The position numbers were made by a program, and so were the translations under genes. DNA of 64,000 nucleotides from Narcine bancroftii (lineage: Eukaryota), in contig NC_091471.1 in the NCBI RefSeq assembly GCF_036971445.1, positions 362,700,001-362,764,000 of the forward strand, read 5' to 3'. The notes beneath the pieces are model-generated. The model did no database searches. It was not told the DNA's origin and saw only the letters and a program-made list of their open reading frames with translations. Shown here one piece after another: positions 12,928-53,734 of the stretch (position 1 is its first letter; each line of letters begins with the position of its first letter).

Positions 12928-13245
12928 AGTGTGATGGGGTTAAAGGAGATATTAACTGGATGATGAGCTTCAGATGGGCAATTAACAGACTCACCAGTAT
13001 AGCAATTGCCTGACATGCTGCTAATTTACAAACTTGTTCACAATTTGTAAGCACTTGTTGCATGTATGCACAATATGCCCAAATTAGGGACTTTGGACAA
13101 TGTAGAACGGAAGATGATAATGTACCATGAATATAGTTTTTCCTCAGGAAGTTTTGAGAACTTCCCACCTTTAGATTTGGAGATGAAGCCCTGGCAAGTT
13201 GCAAATTGCACATTGTAGATGGCACCCGCAACTGGGTGGGACTAG

Positions 13246-13537
13246 CAGTGGTTCTCAACCTTTTTCTTTCCACTAGCACATCCCTTTAAGTAATCTCTAT
13301 GCCATCGGTGCTCTGTGATCAGTATGAGGACCACTGCTCTAGACCCAGTTGTTTTACTTGAGAATTGTCATTGGCCCATTTCCTTTGGAGTTATGAAACT
13401 GTGCACCTAACAAGTCAATTAGGGATGATTAAAACCTGGGTTGACAAACATTCTCGTCCCACCTTAAGCAACCCCTTACTAATCACGGAGCAGCGATAGA
13501 ATAGGGAATATGTGAGCAGAAAGAAAAAGGTCCACTG
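13246..13537. mobile_element. hAT (Charlie-like) MITE
   Basis: Starts CAGTGGTTCTCAACC and ends ...CCACTG; gactag on both flanks (partial TSD). Confidence 0.7.
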
Positions 13538-13902
13538 GACTAGAGGATGAGAGTGTCAATGTAGAGAACGGGGTGAAGGTCAAGGCAGCGGCTGCTTGCA
13601 TGGAGTTTCTGAGCACTGCCCTGACCCAGGGCATCTGGTGATGCTCCTCCTGGATGATGGCAGGACTCGGGAGAATGGTGCATCAAAAGAAGATCCTTTG
13701 CCAGGATCTTGCATGAACGATGACGATGCCCAGAGCCAAGTTGTGCACCTATATGAAACTTTCAGCTGGCCCAAATCCCCAATTGTAAACCTGCATATTA
13801 GGTCGGGAGGCCACTTGAAAGTGCAGGAAGTGCCTGCGAGGTGAACTTTGTAACCCTCCTCTGGGAGGGATAATCTCCAGAGCACTGAGGTTCCCCCCCC
13901 CC

Positions 13903-14630
13903 ACCCAGGCACATGAATGCAGCCCCACCCACCCGGGCACATGAATGCAGCCCCACCCACCCAGGCACATGAATGCAGCCCCACCCACCCGGGCACATGA
14001 ATGCAGCCCCACCCACCCGGGCACATGAATGCAGCCCCACCCACCCGGGCACATGAATGCAGCCCCACCCACCCGGGCACCCAGGCACATGAATGCAGCC
14101 CCACCCAGGCATATGAATGCAGCCCCCCTCACCCACCCACCCAGGCACATGAATGCAGCCCTCCCCCCATCCACCCACCCACCCAGGCACATGAATGCAG
14201 CGCCCCCACCCAGGCATATGAATGCAGCCCCCCCCCCACCCACCCAGGCACATGAATGCAGCCCCCCCCCACCCACCCACACAGGCACATGAATGCAGCC
14301 CCCCCCCACCCACCCACACAGGCACATGAATGCAGCCCTCCCCCCATCCACCCACCCACCCAGGCACATGAATGCAGCGCCCCCACCCAGGCATATGAAT
14401 GCAGCCTCCCCACCCACCCACACAGGCACATGAATGCAGCCCCCCCCCACCCACCCACACAGGCACATGAATGCAGCCCCCCCCCACCCACCCAGGCACA
14501 TGAATGCAGCCCCCCCCACCCACCCAGGCACATGAATGCAGCCCCCCCCACCCACCCACCCAGGCACATGAATGCAGCCCCCCCCCCACCCACCGACCCA
14601 GGCACATGAATGCAGCCCCCCCCCCCCCCC
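13903..14630. repeat. Degenerate C-rich minisatellite, about 22 copies of core GGCA(C/T)ATGAATGCAGC separated by variable C/CCCA tracts
   Basis: Core motif recurs roughly every 24-45 bp; an internal higher-order block is duplicated (about 14141-14230 and 14320-14407). Confidence 0.95.
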
Positions 14631-14712
14631 AAAGGGGATGACAGTCAGCTGGCGAGCGCCTGCCAGCCCCCCACCCCGCACGGGACGTCAGGGCAGGGGC
14701 AGCCAGCGTGGG

Positions 14713-14878
14713 CTGTCCAGCACGGGCTCGTCCCCACACTGATCCTGCTGCCCCGCTCTCTCTCTCTCCCAAATTGCGGTGGTCGCGGGGGACTGATATT
14801 GGGCTGATGGGGGGGGGGGGGAGAGAGAGAGCGAGCGGGGCAGCAGGATCAGTGTGGGGACGAGCCCATGCTGGACAG
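14713..14878. repeat. Inverted repeat with ~58-60 bp arms (14713-14770 / 14819-14878) and ~48 bp spacer
   Basis: ctgtccagcacgggctcgtccccacactgatcctgctgccccgctc(tc)n against (ga)n gcgagcggggcagcaggatcagtgtggggacgagcccatgctggacag; near-perfect reverse complement. Confidence 0.92.
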
Positions 14879-15081
14879 GCCGGATGCGAGAGGATCCGGG
14901 GTGGGCTCCGGGGTCCAGCGCTGCCACCTGAACGACAATTCCACCGGCGCATTCTTGGCGGAGAGGAAGCACAGTTCTCCGCGTGGGCGGGGCCATTGCG
15001 CGGCCGCCCGCACCCCGGCGACCTTCCTCTTCCCCGCGCGCCTGCGCGCGCTCGCGTGGCGCTGCCGAGAGCGAGGCGGGC

Positions 15082-15089
15082 TGACGTCA
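15082..15089. promoter_or_regulatory. Full palindromic cAMP response element (TGACGTCA)
   Basis: Exact CRE consensus about 270 nt upstream of the ATG, inside the CpG island. Confidence 0.75.
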
Positions 15090-15354
15090 GCCGACGCGGC
15101 TGGTTTCCGCTGAGGGTTGTTGTTGGGGGGGGGGAGGGGGAGTGGAGACGGTGTCCGAGGAGCCTCTGCGCCGACGGCTCCCTTCAGCCGGCAGCGTCCG
15201 CGGTCGCCGCTGGGGACGGAGGAAGGCTGAGCGTGGTGAAGGCGGCCGGTTGCGCGGGGTGGGGGTGGGGTGGGGTGGGGTGGGGGGGGGGGGGAGGAAG
15301 GAGGAGGGCCTGGCTCACCGGCTGCGAGGGGAGCCGTCGCCTGGGTGCGATAAG

Positions 15355-44630
<29,276 letters not shown>

Positions 44631-47600
44631 AATCCTCTTTTTATCTTCTGCAGCATCCACCAGAGCAATCTGCCTCATATCTTTCTGAAGTGCTGCTTTC
44701 TGTGGCAGACCACTTCCAGTCCCACAGCTTCCTGTCCATCAGAAAAAGCATTCCCATTGTAGCATTGAAAGCTATATTTGCTTTGTCTTTTTCACACTGC
44801 ACCTGCTTTCAACAGTCCATCCAGCTTCATTGTACTTTTATTTTGCTTGGTTGATTAAAATTAAAACCCTGCTGTTTTAACTAATGTGTAATTAATACCC
44901 AGGTATAAGCTTTTGGTTATGAGCAGAGAATTTTGAAACTTTTTAGTGTGCTCTTGTTTCAAGATATAGTACATTCTTGTTTGAATCATGTGAAAGTATG
45001 CAAGTTGAACATCTTGGGTTTAGCCTTGAGTAAGCAGCTTTAAAATTAAAGACTTTTTAAACCCTTGGTGTGAAAATTACCACAAAACATGCCTGATAAA
45101 AGTTAAGTATGTTCTGAAATCAGCATTTTCTTTTTGCACTTGGCACAAATTTGAGGGAGGTAAAAGTCAATTCTGATCTTTTGGACATTTTTATAGGTAA
45201 CAAACATTTGAGTTTTCAGACAAATGTTACCTTTTTAAATAACTTCCAATTATTTTATAAATGATTTTAGGCTTTGCTTACTCCTGATTCTATTAGTCAT
45301 TAATGTATTACTCCATACACACAAGTGGTTACATTTAAACCATTTTAAAAAAAAGAAAATAGTCTATTTTAATTTTGTTCTCATTTAGTTGTCCATCAAA
45401 TAATCAAAACTTTTGTGCAGTGGATGAGATGAGCAGATAATTGTATGAGAAGGATTAGTTAATATACACATTGGTTATGATTTATTCATATCAAGTTACA
45501 GTACACATGTTACAATCAATACAATTTAGTCGTACTCTAATTTGTGGGGTTTGGCTCAATGGTTGGTATGTTGATGTTAAGATCAAATTTTGTATTACAG
45601 GATCTGTTCATTTGCAATCACAGATTCAAGACACACTTGTTGATAAAATAAGTTCTGAGCCCATATGAAAATATTTTCCCGAGAACTGGGAATTAGTGAA
45701 TTAGTTTCCTCCGAATGTAAATTTGGGTGAGAAATTTGGACCTTAGCCAAAACAAAACTGAATAATGCAGTGATTGGGTTTGATTTTGGAAGAGTTGTCC
45801 ATTCTGTGGGACTACTGGAGATGGTCATTCTATCTCGAGCCACAAAGATTAAAATGGTCTTTCTTCCCATGAGCTGTTTTTTCTGGTTGCCAGTGTGGTG
45901 AAAATTCTACAACCTAAATTGAGTATAGAACTACAATCTTGAAAGCTATAGGGAGGGATAGAAAATGCCATATATTCTTTCTACACCAGCTGAGAAATAG
46001 GATAACTTAGTTCCAAAGATTTATATTTAGTCAATTTTAAATCTGAAGACATGAAGTGCAAATACAAATTTTGAGTTGTCTCTTTTCTGTTTTTTAAAAA
46101 CAGTTCTGTGAATGTCTTACTATTTGCTGGTTAATTGGAAATATTAATTTCGGTTAGTAATGAGCATTCTTTTGTAGATGTGCATAATGTATTAACATAA
46201 TGACTTTTACCAAATGCCTTTTTTTCTATACAAATTACAAAGTAATTTCAATGAAGAAAATTAGTTCTAGTTAATATGACTGGATAATTTATCCCCTAGC
46301 CACATTGTTATAAGCTTTCAATCTGTTGCTGAGACAGCTGGAGAAGGGTTGCAAAATGAACCCATGTCTAAGAACCATATGTAATTTCATTCCAAGGGCA
46401 ATAAAGTAAACATTCCTTTTAGTAACAAACCAGCGCCATCATTGGTACTTGTGCAGATACTCTGTGCATTAGTACTTGACCAGCACATGATGGGGGGGGG
46501 GGGGGGGGGGGGCTAGTATCTAAATCTACTGCAGTTCTGACCTAGTTTATAAAATACATTGTTTATTGGTTTTCTCCCGCTCTGGACAGGTGTTAACTAG
46601 CAATCCTGCTTTAGATTAGAATGATGCAATACGATGGCTATTTAAATAAAGATCAATAGCTGATAATTTGGTGCAGTGCTGTCGAGCCCACATTATTTTG
46701 CATTTCATTATAGTTGCACTTTCCTGTAGCTCTCAGTAGCTGGCGCTGCTGTTCTATTATTGGCATCCACCAGAGCTCAGCCAGTATTATGCAAATATAA
46801 ACCCAGACACATTAGTAAAAGGCAGAAACCAAAAACTGGATGATCGATCCCAACCAATCAATATGTTGGCATTCTGAAATGTATGACATCAGCTTTTTAA
46901 AGTAAGGCACAAGGGGCATTTTATTTTGAGGCTTTCAAGAAAGGAAACTTTGCTGAGTCTTAATGACATTTCAGTATTTCACAGCTTTGTTTGAAATGCA
47001 TCCATTATATACACACACACTTTACTAATTCCACATAGCTGTAATTAGATGAAATTATATCTATTCAACATAGAATGACATGGGCTAGAATTATTATTTG
47101 TGCATCAAGCCAAAACTAAATTGGTTGGGCATAGGATTTATTTCTGTAGAGAAATAAAGCTGATTTATCATGTACTAAATATTACTATACCTGTTGAAAC
47201 TTGGGGGGTGGGGGTGGGGGTACATTTCAAGTGCCCTTTATGTGACATAGAATACAACTTGATGGTGCTTGATTTTTTTGTGTGTGCTAATGTACATCCC
47301 TGTGTCAGTTGGAGGAGAAAGTGTGAGCTTAAAAATCCATGATGTTTCATGATTTTTCACTTAAAGAAGTGAAAAGCTGCAAAGGGTTGAGATGTTAATT
47401 TAAACATTTTGGCATCTAATGCTTGAGTAACCTTGGTATGGGAATCCTGGAACACCATGCCCAGTTCAGGCTATGGCAATGGATTGCGTCTAGTTTGCAG
47501 TCTTGTGCTTCTCGCATTTAATGTCTGTTTACTTTTCTACTTAGTGCTAATTTCTGTTTTATCAGTGTAAACTCCATTAGAAATTAAGTTGAGAGTAAGG

Positions 47601-48205
47601 TTGAGTTTTATTTTGGGGGGGGCGTGGGGGAACAAAATTACCCTGGTTTGTTGTTGGAAATTTTTTTTTCTCCAGAGTTGGATAAATGAAATTCAATGCT
47701 TGGTAATTTGACAGATTCCTAAATATAATTTCCGGAAACAGTTTACCAGTACCCCAGATTCCTTGAATGTTAGTGTCGTATTCCAGTAATAAATATTGAT
47801 ACATTATTGAGACCATTCTTGTATTTTGGAAAAATTGAATGACCCTGGCAAACAATAGATTGGCTTTGGCTTGTTGCACATCCTTAATTTAAAAAAAAAT
47901 TACCTACATGATTTTATTACATTATCTGATGCCGTTGAAGGTTAACCTTTTGTGTGCAATCAGTATTGTATGTACAAATGACCACAGTTTGATGTAGTTT
48001 GCCTTAGCTATCTTGTATGAGAATTGGACACATTCTCAGCTAGCTCACCTACAAAAAGAAAATTGCAGTGAAAATAGTGTAATATGTAGATTATCTAAGG
48101 ACCATTTTTGTATTGTTCCCAAATTTACTGTATGTGCTAAAGATAATCCTTTTGTTATAGTGTCCTAATGACGGGTCGAGCAATAAAAATTAATTCTTAA
48201 AAAGA
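44631..48205 (+). other. Probable long 3' UTR of PRKAR1A
   Basis: About 3.6 kb of AU-rich sequence with no recognisable transposon, ending shortly before repeats resume near 48470; AATAAA at 48182 and other candidates near 46400, 46645 and 47153. Confidence 0.6.
48182..48187 (+). terminator. Candidate distal polyadenylation signal
   Basis: AATAAA with upstream UGUA motifs and downstream GT/T-rich sequence (ctgtttccctctgttttg). Confidence 0.55.
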
Positions 48206-48470
48206 AAACTGTTTCCCTCTGTTTTGAACTGAGAATATACAGAACATGTATTCCTGGGTACAAATTGTAGTATACAGTATGGAAGCTATAAATTGTATTT
48301 TGAAAAGGAGCCCTCCTAAGATTGATTTTGAGATTTGAAAACTCAATGAAAGAGGATAGTCAGACTATCATACATGCCCAAATGGGTAGTCCAGGTTGGT
48401 TTTCCTGTTAGCTTGACAGTTGAAAACAAATTTGAGAGGACAAAAATGTTAACAGTTGGTTTGTAGCCAC

Positions 48471-51400
48471 TTTTTAAAAAAATATTTTATTAAAAAATTT
48501 CCATCCATCTAATTAAATATTTAAGCAAAATTTGATTAAATTGGAAATTACAGTGAGTACATGGTGATTTTACCCTTCCATTTAAAAAAAAAACATAATA
48601 GAAATAGATGTAATATAGTTTTTTTTTAAAAGTATAACAAAGAAAAATATTATTTTGGATTGCACAAAGGATTGGCTCACACATTGGGATCTTACAGTAT
48701 TTATATAGTGACTTTAGGGAAGAAGATGGTTACAGGTACTAAGAGGTCAGAAATACATTTTAAGTATTCGTCCCTAAACTTTGGATATATGGTGTCCAAA
48801 TTTGTGAGATAGTCAAATATTTATTTCTGAATTTCATAATGCAATAAGTTCATTACAAAGTATAACTCTCTGGGGGAAGATGGTTTTCCACCTGAATTCG
48901 ATAAAGGATTTAAAGATGTATTGATCCCTATTTTTATAGATCAAGCATCATTAAATTGTACTGCTCCAGATTCATTTTGAACAGCAATAATTATTGTGAT
49001 ACCAAAAAAATCATTTCAAACCCTCTTCTAAAAGACCAATTTCATTATTGAATGCAGATTATAAAATATTGGCAAATAGTTACTAAATTATTGCCTAAAT
49101 TAATAACATGGATCAGACAGGATTTGTTAAAAAGAGACAGTCAGTGGACAATGTGGCCGGATTAGTTAATATACATGCAGCACAAAAAAGATAGAAGCAA
49201 GTATAGCAGTGGCACAAGATGCGGGAAAAGCATTTGATAGATTGGAATGGAGTTTTTTTTAAAGTATTAGACAAATTTGGATTTGGACAAACATTTATAA
49301 ATTGGATCAGGGCATGATAAAATAAACCTAAAGTGAAAGTAGTAACTAATGGACAAATGTCTAATCCATTTTATCTGGCTAGATCTAGTAGACAAGATTG
49401 TCCCTAATCACCATTTTTGTTTATATTATCTATTGAGCCACTGGCTGATGTAATTAGGAGTGATTTAGAAATTAAGGGGGTTTAAGGTCAGTCAGGAGGA
49501 GTGCAAAATCAGTTTATTTGCAGATGATGTTTTGATAGACCTGACAGAACCAGAGACTTCCTTATGCAAATTGCATTTAAATTTGGAAGAATGTAGTAAA
49601 AATTTCAGGTTATCAAGTAGGATAAAGTGAAGTTATGCCCCCTACACAAAGAGATTATACTCTTTGCTGAAGAAATACTCAATTTAAATGGCAAAAAATG
49701 ATTAAATATTTAGAGATATGCATAGGTAATAATTTAAATAATTTATACAAATTGAATTATTTACTATTGCTTAAAAAGTCAAGGATTTTTAAATAAATGG
49801 ATCACCTAGCCCAGGGGTGTCAAACTCAAATTCACAGAGGGCCAAAATTAAAAACTTGGACTAAGTCGTGGGCCAAACTAAATATTTATTGAAAATTTTG
49901 AACAGCATCTGCATGTTTTCTCTTCTTTCAACATATGTAATGTTATTAAAATAAATGTTTAATAATAGTTTTGGTTAAACTCTTTCCAGAAGAAGCATTA
50001 ACAAATGAGAAATAAAATATTCAATAAATAATATTTCTCTATAGCCTTTAAGCTCCTTTTAAATATTTTTTTTCACAAGCCAACAAGTCAAAAAAATAAC
50101 TTGCTTCAATGACAAACAGGTTTGTCTTTTAAAATGATGAACATATAGTCTGCCTCCCACCTGTCTTGAAAGGTCCTGTTTTCTGTCTTTCGTTTGGCCA
50201 TTTTTCATAAGGGGTTTATTACATGTGAGTTGGGCGACAGGTCGCAGGTGCTAATGAAAGTAAAGAGAGGAGGTGGGGGCGATTAGCGAGCTGACGGGCC
50301 GGCGCCAACGCATTTGCAAAGCAGTTTGGGATTTGTAGTATTAGCTGTGCATGCGCTATACTGGCGCGGCGGTCAGCGGGCCAGCTCTAATACATATTTG
50401 ATATGATCTTGCGGGCAAAATATAATTATATCACGGGCCAAATTTGGTCCGCGGGCCTGAGTTTGACATGTGTGACCTAGCCAATAACGTTAGTAGGTAG
50501 AGTAAACTATTAAGATGAATATTTTTCTGTGGATACAATATCATTTTCAAACTTCACCATTATTGCTTCCACTAAAGTTTTTTGAAGAATTAAATACACA
50601 TGAGAAAATTTCTTTGGAAAGGTAAAATGTTGAGTATAGAAAGATTACCATGGAAATATGGATTAGGAGGTTTACATTTCCCTAACTTTTAAGAATTATT
50701 ATCAAGTGGCTCAATTGATGTTTCTTACTACTTTATTTGAGGGATTAGGAAAATATAGATATGGATAACATAGGAGTGAAATTAGCAGAAGAATTTGAGA
50801 GGAAGTTAACTGGCATGAAAGAAGCACTTTTGCTTAAACATTTTGATTACTTTTTGGAATGAGTTAAATAATGAAATTGGAATACAAAGAAGTATATCGC
50901 CCAAGACACCTTTGATTCAAAATTACCTCATACTTTTTACTAAAGATGATCAATTTTTAAATATTTGGTATAATGGTATAAAAATGTAGAAGATTTTATG
51001 AACAAGGTTATTTGATATCATTTCAACATTTAAGAGATATATGGAATAACCTGGAATACACTTTTCTGCTATCTGCAATTGAGAGGATGCTTGTGGGAAA
51101 ATTTTGGTCCAACAATATGCTTTACTGGCTTGTAGTGAGTTGGAAGTTCTTGTTAGGGAGAGATTATATCAAGAAATTTATTTCTGTAATGTATCTTTCA
51201 TAACAAGCAGATACTATTAAAATGGGAGTTCATAAATCTAGACAGAAATGGGAGGCAGATTTAAACATTGCAATTGATGAGGAAAAATGGGCAGATCTTT
51301 GACAAGACGGTAAGACATAAACATTAGGTATAGCTTAGTCCCATATATTTATTTACATCAATTATATTTAGCTCTGCAAAAATTGCATAAAAAGAAATCG

Positions 51401-51716
51401 ATTTATCAGATAAATGTTTTTGATGTGAAGAAATAAGAACTTTTTTTTACACTTGGTCATGTTCTAAAGTTAGAACATTCTAGATGAATTTAGGAAAGTT
51501 TTTAGAACCGATTACTGGTATTGTATTTCCACAAAATCCAGATTTATTTTTATTGGGGAACATAGAAGGAACAAGACCTAAATTAAAATGACAATGTTAT
51601 CAAATTAAATTTATTAAAATAGTATTAGGACTAGCAAGGAAATGCATTGCAGTGACTTGGAAATCAGATGCACACTTGGGTATGGAAAGATGGAATACGG
51701 AAATTCAAAGTTGTGA
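48471..51716. mobile_element. Degenerate L1 with 5' inversion: 3' end on minus (48471 to about 48833), ORF2 body on plus (about 48836-51716)
   Basis: Minus: FRNKYLTISQIWTPYIQ then 3' UTR and tail. Plus: AISSLQ..GEDGFPPEF, RPISLLNADYKIL, DAGKAFDRLEW, SLFADDVL, ending IAVTWKSDAHLGMERWNTEIQSC. Confidence 0.85.
49812..50474. mobile_element. Non-autonomous hAT (Charlie-like) element, 663 bp, inserted in the L1
   Basis: TIRs CAGGGGTGTCAAACTC / GAGTTTGACATGTGTG; perfect 8-bp TSD ACCTAGCC at 49804-49811 and 50475-50482. Confidence 0.93.
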
Positions 51717-52212
51717 GGCATCTATACTTGAATAAAGTCTTGGTGTGCATTTTAATTTGTCTAAAACTGACCATGGATTTCACTACATTTCCAGTGTCGT
51801 CAGACTTTCCTGTTTATCTTTTAAGTAAATCTGTTAATGGGTGCAGGATCCATTTCCTTTATCCTACATGCCCACTTTTTCAATGTGCTCAGCAGAAAAT
51901 CAGAACATTTCGAGTAATCCTCTATCACCAGGACATGACACAATTTATTGATGACAAAAAGTCCTTGAAATCTTGTGACAAGAACTTTACCTCAGTTGTC
52001 CAACTAAATGGGGCAACTTGGTATATTTGAACCTTGTGTTGGACGATAGAGCTGTAGATTTGGAAATCTACTTGACTCTCATATCAAGTCTTTCAATAAC
52101 TATCTTCAAGTTGGTGTTAGTAACCTGATTAATAAACTTCCTGGTGTCATGTTGGACTTTTTCCAATTTCAAATAAGAATCACTTAAGTTTGGAAATTAA
52201 AAAAATAAACTA

Positions 52213-52407
52213 CAGCAACACCCCTGTTTTCTGGAATTCAAGTAAACAGCCACTTTAAGCAACTGGGGAAAAAATTGTGGAAATTAAATAGGAAATTGGC
52301 ACACTTTGCTGCTATTTGGGAATCATGCAACATGCAATCTCAAGCAACCAGAAAATTCACTTATCTAGCATCTACCCATAGGTACCATATACTGGGGGGT
52401 ATTACTG
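52213..52407. mobile_element. Short deletion derivative of the Tigger-like MITE
   Basis: TA|CAGCAACACCCCTG...GGGGGGTATTACTG|TA; internal tcaagcaaccagaaaa..cttatc..gcatc shared with the 38215 copy. Confidence 0.7.
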
Positions 52408-53158
52408 TAGTTTGTTTCTGGGCATGAGAAATATTTGAAGTTTGTATTTATTGCCCATCTTAGCTGCTGTAATAAATCTTAGTAAGTAATATGCTTTTGC
52501 AATTGTGTAGGGGAGAAATTTCACAACCTTGCCTGACGGTGAAATAGTGAAACTTGTAATCTGCAGCTTTTAAAATGAGATTGCTGATCCACTGTCTCAC
52601 CTTCCTAGTTTGATACTTTCTTCTTAAAAATGTACTTGGCCTGTCAGTTAATTCATGCATCAGAGACCAGGGAAGTACAAGCCCTGTCATGTTAGTTATA
52701 ATTAATCAGCTTAATAAATCATTTATTATTCACAGGGTGTCCTACACTAATAAATGCTTCATTCTGTATAATGGTTCATAGAAAATAAGTGAGGATCTGG
52801 GCCATTTAGAAAATCTATCTTTGTGACCATAGATCAGTTTATTGGATGTACCTGTATTTAGCCTAGTAATTGTATTGTCATTCTATTGTCCTCGTCAGTA
52901 TAGACATAAAATGAATTTCACAAAGAGCAATGATAAATGTGTCTAATCTTAAGTTAACAAACTAAGGCGACTATAACAAAAACCCTACCAAAGTTTTAAA
53001 AAAATTGTTTTTCAAAGCATGGTTTTTTTTAAAAAAGTCCAATTTAGTTGAGGACCAGTATGTGTGATTAATTTTATTAGAGAATGACATTGTTTTAACT
53101 GCAGCCATAGTAGATTAAAATTTCAGACAGAAGATGCCAATACAAACTGCAGCCATTA

Positions 53159-53734
53159 CACTAGACAATTTAAAAAAAATGTTTGCTTTCTGGAAAAAAA
53201 TTGGGGATTATGATAGACAACTTCAATCTGAACATGAAGATTATTTCAGATTTGCTGTATCACGTAGGAAACTGGAGAAACATTAAATAACTTTTAGTGA
53301 ATTTAGCATATTTAATCATGTAATGACGGTGACGCTTTGCATTAGTTCTACTGACCTAAAAATGTTTTGCCTCTGGTTTTTTGTTTGTGCATCTGATGCC
53401 TCTCGGTGTTGGTCTCCAACAATAGTCAACTAGCATTGATGGATTCCAGTTGCCATGATGCCACTTTTCTATGCTTGCAATGTTCCTGATGAAACCTTTC
53501 ACCATGTTCATCACTGACTGCACCAAGATCAGAAGCGCAAATGCAGAAAATGAATTTTCAGTGATGTGTTGCACTCATGGTTTTGTATGTTTGAAGTAAC
53601 TTAAAACATGACAGGAAATCACAAAAATAGGCTAATATTAAAAAAAATGATATTTGTTAGTAAAACCTAATCAGCAAGCCAAAATCCATAAAATATACCC
53701 AAAATAGTTGAAGAAAAATCTTCGTTGTCCAGTG
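53159..53734 (-). mobile_element. Chapaev3-like non-autonomous DNA transposon (576 bp) retaining the transposase C-terminus
   Basis: TTA|CACTAGACAA...TTGTCCAGTG|TTA (3-bp TSD); minus-strand remnants KIHFLH, LGAVSDEHGERFHQ, IEKWHHGNWNPSMLVDYCW. Superfamily assignment is from my recollection of Chapaev3 hallmarks. Confidence 0.75.

Noticed and set aside
13903-14630. CRISPR-like look: constant ~20-nt core with variable spacers
   Set aside because: Spacers are only low-complexity C/CCCA tracts, there are no cas genes and the context is eukaryotic; it is a minisatellite
13580-14952. Gly/Trp/Cys-rich ORFs on minus
   Set aside because: Products of the C-rich minisatellite
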